Under the pieces are notes generated by a model. It ran no database searches, had not been told where the DNA came from, and saw only the letters and a program-made list of their open reading frames with translations. 17,831 nucleotides of DNA from a virus (lineage: Duplodnaviria; Heunggongvirae; Uroviricota; Caudoviricetes): IMG/VR virus record IMGVR_UViG_2695420624_000004; one strand, given 5' to 3'. This document shows, one piece after another, positions 1-9,795 of this stretch (its first letter is position 1; the number at the start of each line of letters is the position of its first letter). The position numbers and the translations under genes were made by a program.

Positions 1-405
1 ATGGATCAGGTCGTTGTTTTTCAAAAGATGTTTGAGCAAGTGAGAAAAGAGCAAAACTTCTCCTGGTTTTATTCAGAATTAAAACATCACCGTATTGCAC
101 ATTACATTTATTATCTGGCTACGGATAACATCAGAATTATTACTCACGATGATACGGTTTTGTTATTAAGAGGAACCAGGAACCTGTTAAAAGTTAGTAC
201 GACCAAGAACCCTGCTAAAATAAAAGAGGCCGCATTGCTTCATATTTGCGGAAAATCTACATTTCGGGAATACTGTTCAACACTGGCAGGTGCGGGCGTT
301 TTCCGGTGGGTTACTGATGTTAATCATAACAAACGCAGTTACTACGCCATTGATAATACGCTTTTATATATTGAAGATGTAGAAAATAATAAACCATTAA
401 TCTAG
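1..405 (+). CDS. ycgX: YcgX-like small protein (134 aa), host gene flanking the prophage
   Basis: Complete ATG-to-stop ORF starting at base 1. Length and position (beyond iraM, distal to the icd fragment) match the icdC-iraM-ycgX arrangement I remember from E. coli K-12. Identity is from memory and synteny, not a search. Confidence 0.5.
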   Translation: MDQVVVFQKMFEQVRKEQNFSWFYSELKHHRIAHYIYYLATDNIRIITHDDTVLLLRGTRNLLKVSTTKNPAKIKEAALLHICGKSTFREYCSTLAGAGVFRWVTDVNHNKRSYYAIDNTLLYIEDVENNKPLI

Positions 406-611
406 CTAAAGTTGGATACTTAAGAAATGCTTCATAATTCAGTAAGGCATTAGCATAATGGAAATAAAAGTGCAGAGACTATCTCTATGGATGATTAATA
501 CTGTCTTTTTATTGTCACCCATAAATAATCACCAGACTAATACTATCAACTTGATATTTGAAATGTGATCACTTGACTTTTGATACGTTATTTTATAACG
601 GTTAACATATT

Positions 612-643
612 TATAAAAACAACGGCCGTGCCACACGTCCGTT
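612..643 (-). terminator. Terminator-like hairpin, diverged second copy of the icd terminator
   Basis: AACGGCCGTG-CCA-CACGTCCGTT stem-loop (one mismatch), followed on the minus strand by a T5 run. About 50 bp (611-660) aligns with the icd terminator region at 1476-1525, with compensatory stem changes. Confidence 0.45.
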
Positions 644-999
644 TCAATACTTAACGCACATGTATTTTGGTTTAGTCATCATCCGGTTATATGTATTTTA
701 GCCAGGAACAGGTTAAATCATTCCTATATAACTCAAAAATTGAAACCTTATTCTCATGTCATGCTTATATTCATTATTATCGTTATATAAAAAGGCAACC
801 ATAATGTTTAGCAAATTGGCACAAAGTAGCATAAAGGCTATGTTTTAATTACAGGATGTTCAGTCATTTGAATGTATAACATTATAGCTAAACAAATCTA
901 AAACGAAGTCAATAATTTATTGCTTTCACAAAATCTCATTTTGTTTAACATCCATTGAGATTCCTTGCTTTAAATTTTATTTTATATAAGCCATCATTT

Positions 1000-1040
1000 T
1001 AATTAATTTATTTTTTTGAGGGGGGGGGTAATATACTCAT
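1000..1040 (+). promoter_or_regulatory. Candidate iraM promoter (TAATAT -10-like element at 1029-1034)
   Basis: AT-rich region with a TAATAT hexamer about 70 bp upstream of the iraM start. No clear -35. Inferred from sequence only. Confidence 0.3.
1020..1028. repeat. G9 homopolymer preceded by T7, inside the putative iraM promoter
   Basis: Sequence reads TTTTTTT-GA-GGGGGGGGG-TAATAT at 1011-1034, about 78 bp upstream of the iraM ATG. The tract lies just upstream of a -10-like TAATAT. Confidence 0.9.
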
Positions 1041-1105
1041 ATGCAAAATCAAGAAATAAACATCCTAATGAACCATATTAAATACCGTGGGATAAGACAT
1101 AACAA

Positions 1106-1429
1106 ATGAAGTGGATAGTAATTGACACGGTAATTCAACCTACATGTGGTATATCTTTTTCAGCCATATGGGGTAATATGAAAATGATCATCTGGTATCA
1201 ATCTACTATATTTCTCCCTCCTGGCAGTATATTTACACCGGTTAAGTCTGGTATTATCCTTAAGGATAAAGAATATCCTATTACTATTTATCACATCGCA
1301 CCATTCAACAAGGATTTATGGAGTTTACTCAAAAGCAGTCAAGAGTGTCCTCCAGGAGAAAGCAAAATAACAAATAAATGTTTACATAATAGTTGCATTA
1401 TAAAAATATGCCCATATGGGCTCAAGTAA
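1106..1429 (+). CDS. iraM: IraM-like anti-adaptor protein (107 aa)
   Basis: 107-aa ORF ([13 protein letters not shown]...), AT-rich, divergent from and adjacent to the displaced icd fragment. Length and synteny match iraM (ycgW) as I remember it. Confidence 0.6.
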   Translation: MKWIVIDTVIQPTCGISFSAIWGNMKMIIWYQSTIFLPPGSIFTPVKSGIILKDKEYPITIYHIAPFNKDLWSLLKSSQECPPGESKITNKCLHNSCIIKICPYGLK

Positions 1430-1475
1430 TGGGCTTCATATAAATATGCTCGATATGCTATTAATAATATCCACA

Positions 1476-1508
1476 TAAATAAAACAACGGGCGTGTTATA
1501 CGCCCGTT
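1476..1508 (-). terminator. icd Rho-independent terminator
   Basis: AACGGGCG-TGTTATA-CGCCCGTT hairpin, followed on the minus strand by GTTTTATTTAT, about 25 nt after the icd TAA stop. Confidence 0.7.
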
Positions 1509-1531
1509 TCAATATTTAACACATGGAGAGA

Positions 1532-1696
1532 TTACATGTTTTCGATGATCGCTTCACCAAACTCTGAACATTTCAGCAGCTTAGCGCCTTCCATCAGACG
1601 TTCGAAGTCATAAGTTACGGTCTTGGCATTGATTGCGCCTTCCATACCTTTAACAATCAGGTCAGCCGCTTCAGTCCAACCCATATGGCGCAGCAG
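1532..1696 (-). pseudogene. icd: Displaced 3' fragment of isocitrate dehydrogenase (icdC-type), last 54 codons plus stop
   Basis: Minus-strand translation reads [54 protein letters not shown], the Icd C-terminus. Homology stops abruptly at about 1696; upstream is unrelated AT-rich DNA. The 165-nt length matches the e14-type integration site in icd. Confidence 0.85.
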
Positions 1697-1885
1697 TATA
1701 TAAAAACCATGAATTCAAGTCATTGATATTTAACGATAAAAATTATTTTATTGTCTTTTTATTAGCCAAAATAAACTTTATTCAACCGTTTGATTTCATT
1801 GACGTTCGTTTTTATTTTGGGGAAAGGTTTTCTCTACCATTTATATCCAAATTACAAGTCTACATTTTATTAACATCTCAATACA

Positions 1886-1916
1886 TGTGAGGCCTTGCAG
1901 ACCTTTGTGAGACCTT
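1886..1916. repeat. Clustered direct repeats TGTGAG(G/A)CCTT / GACCTT in the att-proximal arm
   Basis: Reads TGTGAGGCCTT-GCAGACCTT-TGTGAGACCTT within 31 bp, about 200 bp inside the prophage from the att junction. Arrangement resembles recombinase arm-type sites. Confidence 0.4.
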
Positions 1917-2396
1917 ATGTGTCTCTGTTTTGTCCCAACTTATGTTAAGAGGCACATAATTAAAAATAAGATAACGATGCCGCCAAGCAGTGCAAAACCT
2001 TGTTTACTCCACGACTGTCTGCCCCATTATCTGCATACATAATTATCCTCCATAACTGAGATAAATGTCGGTTATGAGCGAACAACAGACGTTTAGTTTA
2101 TGATGGCTGTGTCTATACATTAAACATAACATCCATTACCGGCACCGCTTATTAATTGCTATCTGATATTGTCACTAAAAAAATAGGCATTCCCCGATAT
2201 AATAATCACAAAGAAGCTTTTGGTGCTGGCAATCGGTATACCTCATAGTGGACTGCGACTTTCCGGGCACGACAAGGATATATCAATGTATGAGCAGGAA
2301 AATTAGACCGTGGTGCGTCATATGATGACTAAGCACGGATAACAGCTACTTAATTGAAACTATTGATTATATTACAGCCAGTGCCTTATAGGATGG

Positions 2397-3518
2397 TTAG
2401 TCATCAACCGCGACTCCTGCACAATCATGGGCTATTGCCAGCAATTGTTTTTTAATTGCTTTAGCATCTACCGTCATATCTACTGTAGCAAAATGGATCT
2501 TATGTCCCTGAGTGACAACATACTCATTAAGCATATAGCCAACAGCTGGATGAAGTAGAAGACCAGCGGCATTGAGCGAAAGCGGATCCGTCTTGTTCTC
2601 CTGTGTTCTAAGGTAGGTATATAGCTGATAAATATAGCCATTACGTAGTGATTGCTCCCGATGCCAACCCTTTGTCAGAATCGAATTAAATTTGGTATCG
2701 ATAATAATACGCCGCTGGGCAGTCTTGTGTTCCAGAATAATGTCTGACTTCATTGTCGGGAAAATCTCTGCACTACCTGCACTTTGATCGCTCAACGCCC
2801 ATTTCAGCTCTTTCCCTGCAGAGACCTGCCAAGTTGTTTTGGCAAGGTGTACACGATATAAGCCAGCGATACCTTTTTCAAATAGTCTTCTCATCCAGTA
2901 AAGGTTATTTGAGGGCGCAGGTAAAAGATATTGGCCTTGATCTTCGGTCGGCATCAGCAGTTCAAAAGCTAATCGTGCGGCATCGACCATCGGTTTATCT
3001 GCGGCATCATGGCGTCCAAAACGCCACACTGAGGGTAATTCGCGGGGGGCAGGATATCCTCCATTTATCCCCTCACGGCGAAGTGATATTGCCATAAAAT
3101 GGCAATCTGCCGCCAAAGACGGTTTCACTATGATTGAGGCCAGACGTTCTAACGCACAGCGAACATAGCGATTTCGGGGGGTGTTGAGGGTTATGTCTTG
3201 AAAATGGCAGGCAACCTGTCCCCGTTCCAGCAGTTGATGACTGGCAGTATACAGTATGTCAATGCGCCCTCTCACCCGGTTCAGGGCCGCATGACAAGTT
3301 TGGTATCCCATATTTAAATTGCGACGTCGGCGCAGCGTAATCTCATGAAGGAGGATTGTCGCCACCAGGTCGGGGATTTCTGCTGGGTTATCTTCTACTG
3401 CGATCTGATTGCGCCCTAACTGGCGAAACAGATCTGAAGCGTACAGCATCAGCATCCAGATATTTCGCATGGGAATACGTGATGCTGTATGTTGCTCACT
3501 CCCGGTTATTGTCGTCAT
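2397..3518 (-). CDS. McrC-family nuclease subunit of a Type IV (modification-dependent) restriction system
   Basis: 373-aa ORF. N-terminal PMRNIWMLMLYA resembles the McrC N-terminus; the IIIDTKF...QSLRNGYIYQLYTYL block matches the McrC PD-(D/E)xK nuclease region. Start ATG overlaps the upstream stop as ATGA. Confidence 0.8.
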   Translation of the reverse strand: MTTITGSEQHTASRIPMRNIWMLMLYASDLFRQLGRNQIAVEDNPAEIPDLVATILLHEITLRRRRNLNMGYQTCHAALNRVRGRIDILYTASHQLLERGQVACHFQDITLNTPRNRYVRCALERLASIIVKPSLAADCHFMAISLRREGINGGYPAPRELPSVWRFGRHDAADKPMVDAARLAFELLMPTEDQGQYLLPAPSNNLYWMRRLFEKGIAGLYRVHLAKTTWQVSAGKELKWALSDQSAGSAEIFPTMKSDIILEHKTAQRRIIIDTKFNSILTKGWHREQSLRNGYIYQLYTYLRTQENKTDPLSLNAAGLLLHPAVGYMLNEYVVTQGHKIHFATVDMTVDAKAIKKQLLAIAHDCAGVAVDD

Positions 3519-5497
3519 TTTGCTAATAACACTTTTCTGGCTTCATCGACTTTATTTGGAGCATCGAACCAATATTCGGCGAGCAAAGGGCAGATCTCTG
3601 TATCAACGACTTGTTCATACCAAGCCTGGGCATCGTTGATTTTTTGGCCGATAGCTGGGGTGACATAGCTGTGACCGATACAAAACTGTGGTCCTAAGGT
3701 AACATCTTTTGCCAGCATATCGTTTAATACCGTCAGTCGAGATTTGATGAATGCTAACATGTCAAAATCAATTGCGTAATTATAATTTACCCAGTTTCTC
3801 CACGCGTCATTAAAAGCTGGCTTTAGATCGATAAACGCGAAACGACGGCGCAGCGCTAGGTCAAGTAGTGCGAGTGAGCGGTCTGCAATATTCATCGTAC
3901 CGATGATATATAGATTCTCAGGAATGTATATTTTTTCATCAGCATTTTTAGGATAGGAAAGAGATAATGCCTCAGTCGGCGTGCGTTTATCTGCTTCCAT
4001 CAACGTGAGTGTTTCACCGAAGATTTGCGCCGGATTGCCACGATTAATCTCTTCAATTATCACCACATATTTCGAGGTAGGATTATTGACTGCAGTTTTG
4101 ATTGCATTTACAAAAGGTCCATCAATTAGCGTCAATTGCCCTTCTTTACCTGGACGCCAGCCTCGAATAAAGTCTTCGTAAGAGAGGTTCGGGTGAAATT
4201 GCACCGCGCTAATACGCTCAGGTGCTTTTTCTCCCATCAAGCAGTACGCCAGACGTCGCGCTAACCAAGTTTTTCCAGTTCCGGGTGGTCCTTGTAATAT
4301 CAGGTTTTTCTTGTCGATCAGGCGCTGAAGTGTGAGTTGGATCTTAGCCTCTTCCAAGAAACAGCCATCCTGCACCAGATGACTGATGTCATAAGGAACG
4401 TGGGTGAGTTTTGGCAACAGCGCACTCTCTTCGACAGTTTCCTCAGTTATCGTCTGGGATTCGTTTTTCTCAAAATTCAGGTATTCATAATTTCCGGACT
4501 CGAGGGACTTTAACTCATCATCATTGCATAGTTTCTGTAGATAAAAGTAGATTGAGCTTGTAACAGTTTTGCTCTCAGGATGCTCTACCTTGAATACGTC
4601 CAAGTAGTTTTCTTCCAACTCCGAAGCAGTGAAATAAGGGCCATTTTTTTTCAGGCATAACGCCTTAATTTTATTCAGTAAAGAGGCTTTCCACGTTCTA
4701 TTTGCCACCTCATCTTTAGACTGGCTAAGATCTGTATTCCACGCTGATAAGGAAAGTTCTGGGAAAGAATGAACCGGATAGTTTGGTTGGGTAAAGACCT
4801 CGTTCAGCGCCCGCATAAGACTCAGGTAACTTTGTCCACTACAGCGACCTTTTGCCCCGTTTTTAATGATCTTAATGTTTAACACTGTCTGAATGTAATA
4901 CTGCGACTGGCTATCTAAAGTGGGGTAGAACCAAGGACGGGTCCAGTACAACCCCATGGTGAGATTCCAACCGACATTCATTACTGTAGAAGCGATGTCA
5001 TATGCGGCAGTGAAGTCTGCAGAGTTAGTATTCTGGTTATCCGCAAAGATCATTGCCTGTGAGAACATTTCCCACAAGCATTCAATGTCATTAGGGTCGC
5101 GTGACTTTTCATAACCAAAGAACCAAGATTTTTGGTTATTCAACAGAGGGATTCCGGCAAAGGAGTCAGGAATCGGTTCGTTCACGCCCAACAAATTCGC
5201 TAGCTTGGCAGCAATAATTTTGCGATTGCTGTCGGTCAAGTTACGATTGAACAAGCCCATAGTAGTAAACGGACAAATGTCTTTTAAGGGAAAGATCTCT
5301 CCCATAATAGATTTGTCCTGCAGATGGGACATTCCTTCCACACCCGAGGCAATTAGATGAATACCTTTGACTAATTCATCTCTACGATTTCGCCAAGTCA
5401 GTAACGCGTTGGCAAAAGCCTCATAAAAACTAGCCCAAGCAAACTTGCCATCATGTTCTGCTGTATCCACGGGAACTCCATTATACTTGTTGAGCAA
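3515..5497 (-). CDS. McrB-family AAA+ GTPase with an extended, uncharacterised N-terminal region of about 400 aa
   Basis: Walker A LILQGPPGTGKTW and a C-terminal IIGTMNIADRS...ALRRRFAF block typical of McrB. The annotated start is TTG; an in-frame GTG at 5470 with GGAG 5 nt upstream and a TATAAT just before it is a plausible alternative start. Confidence 0.85.
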   Translation of the reverse strand: MLNKYNGVPVDTAEHDGKFAWASFYEAFANALLTWRNRRDELVKGIHLIASGVEGMSHLQDKSIMGEIFPLKDICPFTTMGLFNRNLTDSNRKIIAAKLANLLGVNEPIPDSFAGIPLLNNQKSWFFGYEKSRDPNDIECLWEMFSQAMIFADNQNTNSADFTAAYDIASTVMNVGWNLTMGLYWTRPWFYPTLDSQSQYYIQTVLNIKIIKNGAKGRCSGQSYLSLMRALNEVFTQPNYPVHSFPELSLSAWNTDLSQSKDEVANRTWKASLLNKIKALCLKKNGPYFTASELEENYLDVFKVEHPESKTVTSSIYFYLQKLCNDDELKSLESGNYEYLNFEKNESQTITEETVEESALLPKLTHVPYDISHLVQDGCFLEEAKIQLTLQRLIDKKNLILQGPPGTGKTWLARRLAYCLMGEKAPERISAVQFHPNLSYEDFIRGWRPGKEGQLTLIDGPFVNAIKTAVNNPTSKYVVIIEEINRGNPAQIFGETLTLMEADKRTPTEALSLSYPKNADEKIYIPENLYIIGTMNIADRSLALLDLALRRRFAFIDLKPAFNDAWRNWVNYNYAIDFDMLAFIKSRLTVLNDMLAKDVTLGPQFCIGHSYVTPAIGQKINDAQAWYEQVVDTEICPLLAEYWFDAPNKVDEARKVLLAK

Positions 5498-5830
5498 TGA
5501 TAATTTATCTGTGTGAGTTTTAACATATTACTATCAGTTATAGAAAAATTTAACTATCCGATACAGAGAGCGGAATGCTGAATTTGACCTGACTTGCTTC
5601 CAACCAATTAAAATCAACTTATTTATCAATTGGTTATTTTGGCACATGGCGGTCATCAAGGCAATATCGCGTTGTCATAAGGTGTCGAGGCTCGGAGGTT
5701 CAAATCCTCTCATACAAAAAATAAATAAAATTAATGACGGTTGGAAATTATTCAATACACTCTCGAAAGTACATCAGCCAACCGCAGCACGTTATTGCAT
5801 ATAACGTTTCTGCGGCATATCACAAAACTA

Positions 5831-6415
5831 TTATTCCATAACAGGGATTGCAGGCCACTCAATATCAGGTGCAGTTGATGTATCAACACGATTCAGCAAC
5901 ACCCGATACTTCTTCCAGGCTTCAAGCAACGAGGTTTCTTCCTCCGTTGCGATTTCCAGATCTGCAGCATCCTGAAGCGGGGCAATATGCTCACTGGCTA
6001 CCTGCATCAGGCTGTTTTTTGTTTCTTCCGCCTCCCGGATCCGGAACAGTTTTTCTGCTTCCGTATCCTTCACCCAGGCTGTGCCGTTCCACTTCTGAAA
6101 CTCCCCTTCCGGGGATAACCAGGTGATATTTTCCGGTAGAGGTCCGAGTTCAGAAATAAATAACGAGTCGCCGGAAGCCACGTCATAGACGGTTTTTCCC
6201 CGATGATCTTCAACGAGATGCCACGATGCCTCATCACTGTTGAAAACAGCCACGAAGCCTACCGGAATATCTGGCGGTGCAATATAGGTACTGTTTGCTG
6301 GCAGACCTGTATGAGGCGGAATATATGCGTCACCTTCACCAATAAATTCATTAGTTCCGGCCAGCAGATTATAAATTTTTATGGTCCGTGGTTGTTCACT
6401 CATTCTGAATGCCAT
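5831..6415 (-). CDS. tfa: Tail fibre assembly protein (lambda Tfa-like)
   Basis: 194-aa ORF ([24 protein letters not shown]...WPAIPVME), near-identical to lambda Tfa as I remember it. Start overlaps the stf stop by 1 nt (TAATG). Confidence 0.9.
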   Translation of the reverse strand: MAFRMSEQPRTIKIYNLLAGTNEFIGEGDAYIPPHTGLPANSTYIAPPDIPVGFVAVFNSDEASWHLVEDHRGKTVYDVASGDSLFISELGPLPENITWLSPEGEFQKWNGTAWVKDTEAEKLFRIREAEETKNSLMQVASEHIAPLQDAADLEIATEEETSLLEAWKKYRVLLNRVDTSTAPDIEWPAIPVME

Positions 6416-9264
6416 TATGCAAGCCTCACAATGTAGTTAAATGCGATGTTTTTGACGGTGTTTTCCGCGTTACCAGCAGCGTTAACGGTGATGGTGTGTC
6501 CATGTGAGCCAATCGCAACGGAGTGCGTATGAGCACCAATACCGACAGTATGTGCATGTGCGCCTGCGCTTGCAGCAGTGCCGGACAGCGAGTGGGTATG
6601 AGCACCATCTGATGATGTCTTCCCTGCATTACGAGTCTGGCCACTACCGCTTGTTGTGCTCATAATCCCCGCGCTTGGATTTGAAATCGCGGTATAACCA
6701 TTAGGGAAAATGCTCGTGTTCGTGCCACCAAATGCACCGGAACTCTTGTGTTGGTGCGCGCCGGCACTATTTGCGGTCCCGCTAATACTATGGGTATGCG
6801 CCCCGGTGTTATTCGTGGATTTGGTTCCGTAATCAAACGACGATGTGGTTTTCGTCCCCAAATCCGTACTGGATGCGCTGGCGCTGTGGGTGTGCGATTT
6901 AATGCCGTCCTGTTCCTGAGACAATACGGCCCGACCACTGGCAGGTTTGCCCTTAATCGTCCAGCCACGCATATCAGGGATCACGCCTGACGGATAAGCG
7001 GCTGCAAGTTTCGGGTAAGCAGATTTGTCAAAAGTCTGCCCCTGCATCAGGGCATAACCAGACGGAACGGTATCTGATGGCCACGGGATTGGTGCGCCGA
7101 CTGGGTAGCTTTCTGGTGGAAGATTTTTCGAGGTATAAACTTCTGCCCAGCCTTCCTCAAAACCATAACCGTCTCTTGAAGAACGGTAGAACAGACCACC
7201 ATTTCTGTAATGCGCCTTCATCTGCAGGGTCCGGCAACTTCCGACTCCGGTATAGAAGTTAACCAGAATATAGCTGTCGCCAGAGCGGGTGACATTGTAA
7301 GCGCCTGATTCGGCATTCCAGGGAACGCCACCATCCGCATCGGCATATGTATCCGTTGCCCTTCTGGCAAAAGCAGCCACATGCGCGGCGGTTAAAGTAA
7401 TATCTTTGGAACCATCAAATGGAACACCGGATATTTTTCTTGCAGTCTGGAGTTTTGTAGCAGTTGCAGCATTACCAGTGGTGTTCTGATTACCCGTAGT
7501 GTTTACACCTGGAAGGTTAATATTTGCAGAACCGTCGAAAACAACTCCACCGATAGATCTTGCCGTCTGCAATTTCGTGGCTGTACTTGCATTACCATTC
7601 AATGAACCAGTTAATCCACCTGTAACAGACAACGGACCTGAAACTGTTCCTCCGGTTGTTGGCAGTGCTCCAATATCTGATGGTGTAGGTTTCTGATGTG
7701 AGCTATACATCGTATAAACAACACCATAGGTAACGCTGGAAGGCTTACTCGCTGAATATGTTGGCGAGGTATAAACAGAAACTGACGCATTTGCAGTACA
7801 ATCCCAATGGATATTTACACTCGTCGCATAATTGCCAATCTCAACGTAAATATCATATGTATCGCCGGATGTGTTGATCCAGGCGAAATTCGTTAATCCG
7901 ACGGCTGTACGCTTCCACAAAGCCCCGGTAATTCCTTTGGGGTTTCCATTGCCTGCTCGTAGAACCAGTTCTGAAATGCCTGCCTGATGTGGGGAACCGA
8001 CGTTGTAACCAGCGCCACCAATCAATGCGATGTAAACGATGGAACTCGCTTGTGGCATGGTAACCGTAGCCAGTTTGAACCACCCAGCCCCGCCAGAGAA
8101 AGACATCGTTACTGAATTTAAAGTACCAATATCTTTCGGCGTTAATGTTATATCCGCAGTCAGTGCTTTTCCGTTAACTTTTCGGTTAGATGGCACCCTG
8201 CTATTCGCATTGTCATTGGCTGCTTTAACTGCTTTTGGCGTTGCGGCCAGCGATTCACTGGTGCTATCAACAGCACTGCTAAGTTTCACAACACCTTTAG
8301 TTGTAAGGCTTGCGTCTTCCATCGCAACTGCACCGGCAATCTCTTCAGCACGATCAGCAGCAGCTTCCGCACGGGTCGCAGCGGATTCAGCAGTAGTTTT
8401 GCTCTGAGATGCCGCCGTCGCACTGCCAGCTGCCTCTGTCGCCTTCGTGGATGCTGTCGTGGCGCTGCCTTTCGCTGCTGATGCCTGTCTGCTCGCCTCA
8501 TCTTTTGAAGCAGACGCAGATGATGCCGATGACGCCGCCGAACTGGCGGACGATGCAGCTGCCATTTTTGAGGATTCTGCACTGGTTTCCGAGGCTTTCG
8601 CGTTCGTTTCGGATGTCTTCGCTGCGGATGCAGACCTCGCTGCTGCGCTGGCCTGTTCAGCGGCTTCGCCAGCCTTCGTTGTGGCTGTTGAAGCAGACGA
8701 TGCGGCGCTTTCTGCCGATTTTCCGGCGGCGGTGGCACTGGCTGAGGCCTGCCCGGCACTTGTTGACGCGGCACTGGCAGACGACGCAGCCGCTGTTTTT
8801 GAGCCTGCCGCAGCCGAGGCGCTCTGTCCCGCTGCCGTTTCAGAAGACCTGGCGTTTGTCTCAGACGTCTTTGCCGCCTTCGCGGAATTGCCTGCCGCCG
8901 TTGCCGAGGAAGCGGCACTACTGGCGCTTGATGATGCGTTCGTTTCTGATGATTTCGCTGCCTCTTTTGAGGCCGCCGCATCCCGGGCTGAGGTGGCTGC
9001 TTCTGACGCCTTCGTGGTCGCGGCGGATGCAGAAGTGGCTGCTGATTGTTGTGACGCTGCCGCATTCGTTTCTGACGTTTTCGCCGCACCGGCACTGGTA
9101 GCTGCCGCGCTTTTTGAGGACTCTGCAGCAGCACTTTTTGCTGCTTCACGGGCCTTTGTCGATGCCGTTCCTGCGCTGGAAGACGCTGACTGAGCCGACG
9201 ACGCGGCCTGTCCGGCTGACGTGCTGGCGGCACGTGCTGAGCCTGCAGCATCGGTTATTACCAC
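6415..9264 (-). CDS. stf: Side tail fibre protein (lambda Stf-like), body and receptor-binding tip; N-terminal part is in another frame
   Basis: Long Ala/Ser-rich KTSETNA-type fibre repeats, a conserved GAPIPWPSD...[24 protein letters not shown] region and a His-rich HxH C-terminal tip ending [11 protein letters not shown]. Confidence 0.85.
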   Translation of the reverse strand: MVITDAAGSARAASTSAGQAASSAQSASSSAGTASTKAREAAKSAAAESSKSAAATSAGAAKTSETNAAASQQSAATSASAATTKASEAATSARDAAASKEAAKSSETNASSSASSAASSATAAGNSAKAAKTSETNARSSETAAGQSASAAAGSKTAAASSASAASTSAGQASASATAAGKSAESAASSASTATTKAGEAAEQASAAARSASAAKTSETNAKASETSAESSKMAAASSASSAASSASSASASKDEASRQASAAKGSATTASTKATEAAGSATAASQSKTTAESAATRAEAAADRAEEIAGAVAMEDASLTTKGVVKLSSAVDSTSESLAATPKAVKAANDNANSRVPSNRKVNGKALTADITLTPKDIGTLNSVTMSFSGGAGWFKLATVTMPQASSIVYIALIGGAGYNVGSPHQAGISELVLRAGNGNPKGITGALWKRTAVGLTNFAWINTSGDTYDIYVEIGNYATSVNIHWDCTANASVSVYTSPTYSASKPSSVTYGVVYTMYSSHQKPTPSDIGALPTTGGTVSGPLSVTGGLTGSLNGNASTATKLQTARSIGGVVFDGSANINLPGVNTTGNQNTTGNAATATKLQTARKISGVPFDGSKDITLTAAHVAAFARRATDTYADADGGVPWNAESGAYNVTRSGDSYILVNFYTGVGSCRTLQMKAHYRNGGLFYRSSRDGYGFEEGWAEVYTSKNLPPESYPVGAPIPWPSDTVPSGYALMQGQTFDKSAYPKLAAAYPSGVIPDMRGWTIKGKPASGRAVLSQEQDGIKSHTHSASASSTDLGTKTTSSFDYGTKSTNNTGAHTHSISGTANSAGAHQHKSSGAFGGTNTSIFPNGYTAISNPSAGIMSTTSGSGQTRNAGKTSSDGAHTHSLSGTAASAGAHAHTVGIGAHTHSVAIGSHGHTITVNAAGNAENTVKNIAFNYIVRLA

Positions 9265-9577
9265 TTCCCGGATCGCTATACGCTATTCCGTTAAAGATAA
9301 TGGGCGGAATAATGATTTGACGGTCAAAGTTATGATCATCGCTGATGGTGACTGTAACCGTCCCGTTTGGTGTTTCCGTATTACCCCACGTACCAGCCTG
9401 TTTCGGGAATGATTTGGATACAGCTTTAACGAAGTCACCTCTGACCGGACTCCCCTGCCCGTCAACCAGGCTTATCAGCGTGGTGCCGGAAGATGGCAGC
9501 GTGATTTCACGGTCGAGCGTCAGCGTCCGGGTCTGGCTGTTTACCGCCAGCACGCGCCCGCCGGTGCGGATACCCAA
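9146..9577 (-). pseudogene. Upstream segment of the tail-fibre reading frame, out of frame with the stf body (frameshift or junction)
   Basis: This ORF overlaps the stf body ORF at 9146-9264 in a different frame. Its first ~100 codons look like real protein, then it degenerates into an out-of-frame read of the Ala/Ser repeats. Assignment as Stf N-terminus is tentative. Confidence 0.4.
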
Positions 9578-9795
9578 GCTGGAGTGGCGAACGTTTTACC
9601 CTTGCTGATGAGGTATTCACTGATTTCGCTGTACCACATGTGGCTGAGTGCATTCTGGGAAAGACTGCGTCTCTCGCGCCACGGTTTAAGCACCATGCGA
9701 AAGCATTTGCCGTCCTCCAGATAAGGCTGGATCTGCCGACCGATAGCGGTGAAGTTACCGCGATGCAATTTGATACCATCTTGTGGGAGGTTCAC
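9541..9795 (-). pseudogene. NinB/YbcN-family protein, N-terminal fragment truncated by a deletion joint
   Basis: 84-aa ORF with GTG start preceded by GGAGG. The block KPWRERRSLSQNALSHMW resembles the NinB RSLDQNRKLW region. The ORF ends prematurely in non-homologous sequence near 9541-9580. Confidence 0.45.

Noticed and set aside
1700-2396. About 700 bp of AT-rich DNA between the att junction and mcrC with no ORF of 60 aa or more
   Set aside because: Only very short ORFs of up to about 10 codons were seen. Best read as att arm plus the 3' flank of the restriction operon. I could not support a gene or RNA call there.
2753-3097. 114-aa plus-strand ORF inside mcrC, and similar short ORFs at 3409-3639, 3981-4181, 5848-6126, 6203-6436, 12052-12339, 13684-14035, 14110-14600, 14918-15429, 16238-16432, 16647-17080 and 17202-17656
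   Set aside because: All are embedded antisense or out of frame within confidently assigned genes and lack start signals. Treated as non-coding shadow ORFs.
8286-9251. Long ORFs on both strands (8286-9251 minus, 8409-9101 plus, 8447-9193 plus, 8039-8407 plus) overlapping the tail-fibre gene
   Set aside because: They are alternative-frame and antisense reads of the GC-rich Ala/Ser-repeat region of stf. The products are low-complexity Arg/Pro/Gln or Ala/Asp strings with no start context, while the stf frame matches a known protein.
6426-9264. Repetitive DNA in the tail-fibre gene that might look like a CRISPR array or tandem repeat
   Set aside because: The repeats are imperfect, in-frame and encode the fibre repeat motif. 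There are no uniform direct repeats with unique spacers.
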